The notes below the pieces were generated by a model that did not search any database, was not told the origin of the DNA, and saw only the letters and a program-made list of their open reading frames with translations. From positions 8,131 to 72,130 of the forward strand of contig JAZGAD010000014.1 in assembly GCA_036444275.1 (NCBI GenBank): a stretch of DNA of 64,000 nucleotides, read 5' to 3'. The translations under genes and the position numbers were made by a program. Below, piece by piece: positions 59,720 through 64,000 of this stretch. Source of the stretch: Candidatus Hydrothermarchaeales archaeon. Its GTDB lineage: Archaea; Hydrothermarchaeota; Hydrothermarchaeia; Hydrothermarchaeales; JAZGAD01. Numbering within the stretch: the first letter of the stretch is position 1; the number at the start of each line of letters is the position of its first letter.

Positions 59720-59757
59720 TTTACCTTTATATCACATGGACCTCAGGCTTCACAACT

Positions 59758-60834
59758 TTATGTAATGAGCAGCTCTTCCTTGCCATCTTTCAGCGCGTTC
59801 TTCAATTCCACAGCTATGCGCCGCCCCATGCTCATGTTGGCGCCGTGGAGGATATAGCTGTATGGAGAGCCATCCATATAGGGATTCGTACCAGCTACTA
59901 TCCTAGCTGAGATCTCGAAGGCTATGAATTTCAGATTACGGGTTACCATGGTCTCAAGGCAGAAAGGACCTATCATGCCTGGGGGCGCTATCTCCTTAGA
60001 GACCTTCGTCAGGTTATCACCCATCTCAAGCACCTTCTCTAGCAAAGATTCCCTAGCGACGAGTGGAGTGTTGCCGACCACGACATAGCTGGGCTCAACG
60101 TAGTCGCTCTGCTCTGCTGCCGGAATTCTTGTAAGACCATCTATATTCGCTTCATAGCGTCTGTCCATCCCGAAGAGTTCCACTTCTTCTTGGAGTGGGG
60201 AATAGAAGTATGATATGTACATGTTCACCCCTGCAATGTAGTCCTGTATCGTGACATTCTCTAGGTCCTCGCGGCTTATGCGTTTCTTCCTCAGCATCTC
60301 CCTAGACTTGTGCTCGAAATCTGAGTAATTGTTCACTAGAAAATATCCTCTTCCCCCTCTAGCACCCGGGAATTTGACGATGGAAAGTACCGAAATATCT
60401 TTAGGGTCCTTGTTTTCGTTTGGCATCTCTACACCCGCCTTCTCCAGCCACTGACGCTCCAGCTTACGGTCAGCCTCCCACCTCAAAATACCTCTATTCC
60501 CGAGGAGAGGGACACTAAGTTCTTTCTCCACGCTCTCTGTGCCTAGGTATGCTACTAGAGAGCCATGTGGCACCAATACACAGCCCTTGTCCCTTAGTTT
60601 CTCCAGCACATCCTCCTGGAGCATATCCCTGTAATCTCCTACAGTGATAATATCGTCAGCTACTCTAAATCTCTTGTAAATTGAACTCCGGCCGGTTTTG
60701 CATATGGCAAGCGTCTTGAAGCCTTCATCTTTAGCGCCCTTCAGGATCTGCAGTGCTGAATGGCTACCCAAAGTTGCAACTGTGACCTCACGGTAGTCTT
60801 TAAAGAGCTCCAGCATCTCGTCTCTAGATATCAT
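59758..60834 (-). CDS. purP: 5-formaminoimidazole-4-carboxamide ribonucleotide (FAICAR) synthetase, ATP-grasp
   Basis: VATLGSHSALQILKGAKDEGFKTLAICK..., VPHGSLVAYLG, GNRGILRWEADR and FCLETMV match archaeal PurP. Confidence 0.85.
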   Translation of the reverse strand: MISRDEMLELFKDYREVTVATLGSHSALQILKGAKDEGFKTLAICKTGRSSIYKRFRVADDIITVGDYRDMLQEDVLEKLRDKGCVLVPHGSLVAYLGTESVEKELSVPLLGNRGILRWEADRKLERQWLEKAGVEMPNENKDPKDISVLSIVKFPGARGGRGYFLVNNYSDFEHKSREMLRKKRISREDLENVTIQDYIAGVNMYISYFYSPLQEEVELFGMDRRYEANIDGLTRIPAAEQSDYVEPSYVVVGNTPLVARESLLEKVLEMGDNLTKVSKEIAPPGMIGPFCLETMVTRNLKFIAFEISARIVAGTNPYMDGSPYSYILHGANMSMGRRIAVELKNALKDGKEELLIT

Positions 60835-60846
60835 CTTGTTCCTGAC

Positions 60847-61941
60847 CTATGTTACAATATCCCCTAACCTATCCTCTGTTCTCGCGGCATCTATCTCCAT
60901 GGCGACCCTCCTACCAGGGCCGACTTCCTTCAAGTATTTGTACTTCATGTATGGTGATGTGGGCTCAACACATGGACAGCCGGGTATCCTGGGACTCACA
61001 TCGAAGACATAGAAATCCAGCTTCTTGTCAACAGCGCCTTGAAGTGCGAACAAACCGAGCATGCCAGGCGGATATTCCTTCTCACAGGCACTGACGAATC
61101 TCTCGCCAGCGTCGAATATCTTCTCTATCTGCGACTCTCTCATTGTAGCACCACAGTGCCCGATCTCTATGTTTTGAACCCTGACCTTTACCTCCCTCTG
61201 TGCAGTAGCTGGAAGATCAAGGACGCCGTCAAGATTCGTCTGGATGCGGCGGTCAAAGCCCAGTAAATCAAGTTCTCTAGTCAGTGGCGACCAGAAGAAG
61301 TTGGCATTGAACTTCGCTCCGACGACGTATTCTTCTATCACCGCCTTCTTTAACTCCTCTTCATCTACTATGTCCCTCTCTATCCTCTCCATTGCACGCT
61401 CCTCAAACTCCTTGGGCGAGGAGGCATAGAAGAAGGCTCGTTCCACGCTATCCTTCTCCATTACCTTGACTATGGCGAGGCGGTCTATCTCCTCAGGCGA
61501 AGTGAATATCTTGGGCATCTTTATTCCTGCCTTTTCAAGCAAGTGGTATTGATTCCTGGGCTCATTCCTCTCCTCGCAACGCAGCATATAGCGGTTGCCG
61601 AGCATTGGAACCAAGAATTTATTCTCTATGTTATCGTAGCCTACATAAACAGAGAACGACCTGCTGGGCACAAAGATGGTGTTCAGCTGACGCAGTTGCT
61701 CTTGATTCTCTTCTTTTATCATGTCGATGAATTTATCAAGGACTAGCACCTCGTCGAAGAGTCCTTTATAGTACTTGGTATAGGTCTTATCCCGGCCTTT
61801 CTGGCATATCACTACTGTTGGAAAGCCCTCCTGCTTCGCCCCATGGGCTATCTCCAATGCTGAATGGCTGCCTATAACACCTATGCTGATATCGTCATCG
61901 TAGTCCTTCAGCACCTCTAGAATGTCGTCTCTCGAAATCAT
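60847..61941 (-). CDS. purP: PurP paralogue (FAICAR synthetase family)
   Basis: IGVIGSHSALEIAHGAKQEGFPTVVICQKGR..., GNRYMLRCEER, LFALQGAV. Same fold and motif order as the neighbour, but clearly diverged. Confidence 0.8.
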   Translation of the reverse strand: MISRDDILEVLKDYDDDISIGVIGSHSALEIAHGAKQEGFPTVVICQKGRDKTYTKYYKGLFDEVLVLDKFIDMIKEENQEQLRQLNTIFVPSRSFSVYVGYDNIENKFLVPMLGNRYMLRCEERNEPRNQYHLLEKAGIKMPKIFTSPEEIDRLAIVKVMEKDSVERAFFYASSPKEFEERAMERIERDIVDEEELKKAVIEEYVVGAKFNANFFWSPLTRELDLLGFDRRIQTNLDGVLDLPATAQREVKVRVQNIEIGHCGATMRESQIEKIFDAGERFVSACEKEYPPGMLGLFALQGAVDKKLDFYVFDVSPRIPGCPCVEPTSPYMKYKYLKEVGPGRRVAMEIDAARTEDRLGDIVT

Positions 61942-61960
61942 GCTAGAAGCTTGGTTAGAA

Positions 61961-61982
61961 TAACTATTTAAATTTAATATAC
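61961..61982. promoter_or_regulatory. AT-rich block in the 60-bp divergent purP/htrA intergenic region
   Basis: taactatttaaatttaatatac lies between the 61941 (minus) and 62002 (plus) starts. It is a TATA-like candidate for one or both promoters. Confidence 0.35.
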
Positions 61983-62001
61983 CATATGCTGAAGGAAGAG
62001 G

Positions 62002-63138
62002 GTGAAGGGTATGGGAGAATTCAAGAAATATGCGGCTATAGCGTTGTTGAGCAGCATCATCACAGGGCTTATACTCTTAGGCGGGGTCACGATATATGTA
62101 GACAGAGCTATCTCTAATCTTCCTCCCTCGACCGTCACCACGTTGGTGGTGAATGAGACCACTGGTAAAGAGGGCTTGGTAACTGCTATCTTTGAGGACG
62201 TCAAGGACTCTGTAGTCTTCATCACATCTCGATCTTTGGAGAGAGATATGTTCAGACGCCTCAGACCCGTAGAAGGTGCAGGCTCGGGTCTTATAATAAG
62301 CAGCGACGGTTACATCGTTACCAATGATCACGTTGTAGAGAATACAGAAGAGCTTACTGTTACACTCTCCAATGGAGAAGAAGTCGAAGCCGAGTTGATA
62401 GGTGCAGATCCCAGCTCTGATATCGCAGTTATAAAGATCGATGTAGCCTTTAAGTTGAAGGCGGCAAAGCTGGGAAGCTCTAGCACGCTAAAGCCTGGCC
62501 AACTCGCTATCGCTATAGGAAACCCCTATAGACTAGAGAATTCTGTGACCGTTGGAGTAATAAGCGCTTTGAATAGGAGCCTGGAAGCTAAGAACGGCTT
62601 CTTGATACAGGGTATAATCCAGACAGATGCAGCGATTAATCCAGGTAACAGTGGTGGCCCACTGCTGAATTCTAGGGGGGAGGTAATAGGGATTAACACA
62701 GCCATCATCTCGACTACAGAGGGCTTCCAGGGAATAGGCTTCGCTGTACCTATTAGCACTGCCAAAAGGATATCCCAAGAGCTTATAGAGCGTGGAAAGG
62801 TGAGTTACCCATGGCTAGGCATAACGGGTACGTCTCTGACACCTGAGATGGCTGAAGAATTTGGAACCAGCATCAAAGAGGGTGTTTTAATAATCGAGGC
62901 CATACCAGATAGTCCAGCAGATAAAGCCGGGCTCAGGGGCACAGTAGAGAAAGCTGGTGAAGAAGGCTTCATCTTGGGGGATATAATCATAGAGATGGAC
63001 GGCGAGAAGTTAGAAGATATAGAGGAGCTGGTAGATGTCATCCTAGCTCATAGAGTAGATGAGACTGTGGAAGTGAAATACATACGGGAAGAGGAAGAGA
63101 AAACTACTCAAGTTACATTGGGTGAGCGCCCAACCTAA
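62002..63138 (+). CDS. htrA: HtrA/DegP-family serine protease with one PDZ domain, N-terminal membrane anchor
   Basis: Catalytic His in GYIVTNDHVV, Asp in DIAVIKI, Ser in GNSGGPLLN. PDZ segment GVLIIEAIPDSPADKAGLR..GDIIIEMDGEKL. The start is GTG 62002 or ATG 62011. Confidence 0.9.
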   Translation: MKGMGEFKKYAAIALLSSIITGLILLGGVTIYVDRAISNLPPSTVTTLVVNETTGKEGLVTAIFEDVKDSVVFITSRSLERDMFRRLRPVEGAGSGLIISSDGYIVTNDHVVENTEELTVTLSNGEEVEAELIGADPSSDIAVIKIDVAFKLKAAKLGSSSTLKPGQLAIAIGNPYRLENSVTVGVISALNRSLEAKNGFLIQGIIQTDAAINPGNSGGPLLNSRGEVIGINTAIISTTEGFQGIGFAVPISTAKRISQELIERGKVSYPWLGITGTSLTPEMAEEFGTSIKEGVLIIEAIPDSPADKAGLRGTVEKAGEEGFILGDIIIEMDGEKLEDIEELVDVILAHRVDETVEVKYIREEEEKTTQVTLGERPT

Positions 63139-63139
63139 A

Positions 63140-63760
63140 TTAGAATCTTACCTTCAACCTGCTGAGGAACTCATGCGTCCTGGTGTGGCTTTCGCATGCT
63201 AGAAAGTCCCTTAGGTCCTCAGGGGTATCTATGTCCAGTGATAGGGAGAAAGAATCGTAGACAAACATCTCCACACCCTTATTTTCGGCTTCTCTTTTAT
63301 GGTCCAAAAAACTCGTCTTGGTAAATCTGCCCCTCATTACATCTGGAGGCCTCCTGAAAAGGATTCCAGTGCCCTCCCGTCTCGAAGGTGAGATCACAAC
63401 TTGATGTTCTTTTCCCAGATGTAGAATATCAATAATATGCCTTTCTTCTAGCAGTGGTGTATCAACTGGGATGAAGAGGGTTGCGTCTGCCCCCCTTGCC
63501 ATTGCGTGCTTATTTCCGAGTCTCACAGCATTATTCAAGCCTCTCCCTTCCTCCACAATTAATTCAAAGTCATAACCCTCTAGCATCTGCCTTAGCTCTT
63601 TAGGACCGACTAGCACTATATCATCCACACTGCTAAGAGAATCTAGAACATCCTTCAACATGCAGATAACTAGTTCTTCCCTCTCTTTTTCCGAGAGTTC
63701 TCCAGCAAGCCGGGTTTTCTGGCTGCTGAGCTTTACAGGCAAGATCGCTATGACACGCAT
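63140..63760 (-). CDS. cofC: 2-phospho-L-lactate guanylyltransferase (coenzyme F420 biosynthesis)
   Basis: MRVIAILPVKLSSQKTRLAGELSEKEREEL...IPVDTPLL has the CofC N-terminal nucleotide-binding motif, and the protein is ~206 aa. Confidence 0.7.
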   Translation of the reverse strand: MRVIAILPVKLSSQKTRLAGELSEKEREELVICMLKDVLDSLSSVDDIVLVGPKELRQMLEGYDFELIVEEGRGLNNAVRLGNKHAMARGADATLFIPVDTPLLEERHIIDILHLGKEHQVVISPSRREGTGILFRRPPDVMRGRFTKTSFLDHKREAENKGVEMFVYDSFSLSLDIDTPEDLRDFLACESHTRTHEFLSRLKVRF

Positions 63761-63800
63761 CTAAAAAACTATTAATACGTTAGATATTAAAGCTTGGACC

Positions 63801-64000
63801 ATGATCGTCAGCGAAGAAAAAGCCCTAAAGGATATCCTAGAGATTCTCACGCCCTACACCGATGTTGCAATCGTGGGCTGCTCAGGTTGCTATGGAGTGG
63901 GTATGCTGAAAAACGTAGAGCGGCTAGCTGACAAACTCGAAGCCGCGGGGAAAAGGATAGTAGCAAAAGGCGCAACTGGTAGGCAGTGCTCCTGGTTCTG
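63801..64000 (+). CDS. Hypothetical protein, 3' end cut by window edge
   Basis: ATG 63801 opens MIVSEEKALKDILEILTPYTDVAIVGCSGCYGVGMLKNVERLADKLEAAGKRIVAKGATGRQCSWF and runs to the window end. It contains a CSGC motif. No family assigned. Confidence 0.35.
   Translation, partial: MIVSEEKALKDILEILTPYTDVAIVGCSGCYGVGMLKNVERLADKLEAAGKRIVAKGATGRQCSWF

Overview
Archaeal (euryarchaeal-type) chromosomal segment. Housekeeping genes frame the window. At 0-4.2 kb there is a class II ribonucleotide reductase plus an NrdD-like gene. At 57-64 kb there are an MtaD/DadD-type deaminase, an AN1 zinc-finger protein, an MBL-fold protein, two tandem purP paralogues, an HtrA protease and cofC. The ~50 kb between them looks accessory and cell-surface oriented. 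It holds a tight KaiC-like/KaiC-like/KaiC-GTPase fusion/Roadblock/V4R operon, a 1,842-aa sequon-saturated membrane-anchored surface protein, a PAS protein and a VapBC-type TA pair. The window is dominated by one uninterrupted 33.2-kb ORF (17223..50459, 11,078 aa). This giant protein has an N-terminal signal/anchor and about 23 kb of recombining beta-sandwich-like modules (at least 23 'GWG' modules by my count). Its C-terminal part runs through CARDB-like domains, a poly-Gly run, a Cys-knot motif and one TM helix, and ends in a cytoplasmic HerA/FtsK-like P-loop ATPase domain. A small wHTH gene sits 30 nt upstream of it, and two long coiled-coil protein genes are tightly coupled downstream. A 12-mer, GTTTACATNGAC, occurs three times, only in the upstream regions of the two big surface-protein loci. 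Past the giant locus lie an RHH-led two-gene cassette, an IS4-type transposase remnant and a TPR protein. I saw no rRNA, convincing tRNA or CRISPR array. All family calls come from motif recognition by eye; no searches were run.
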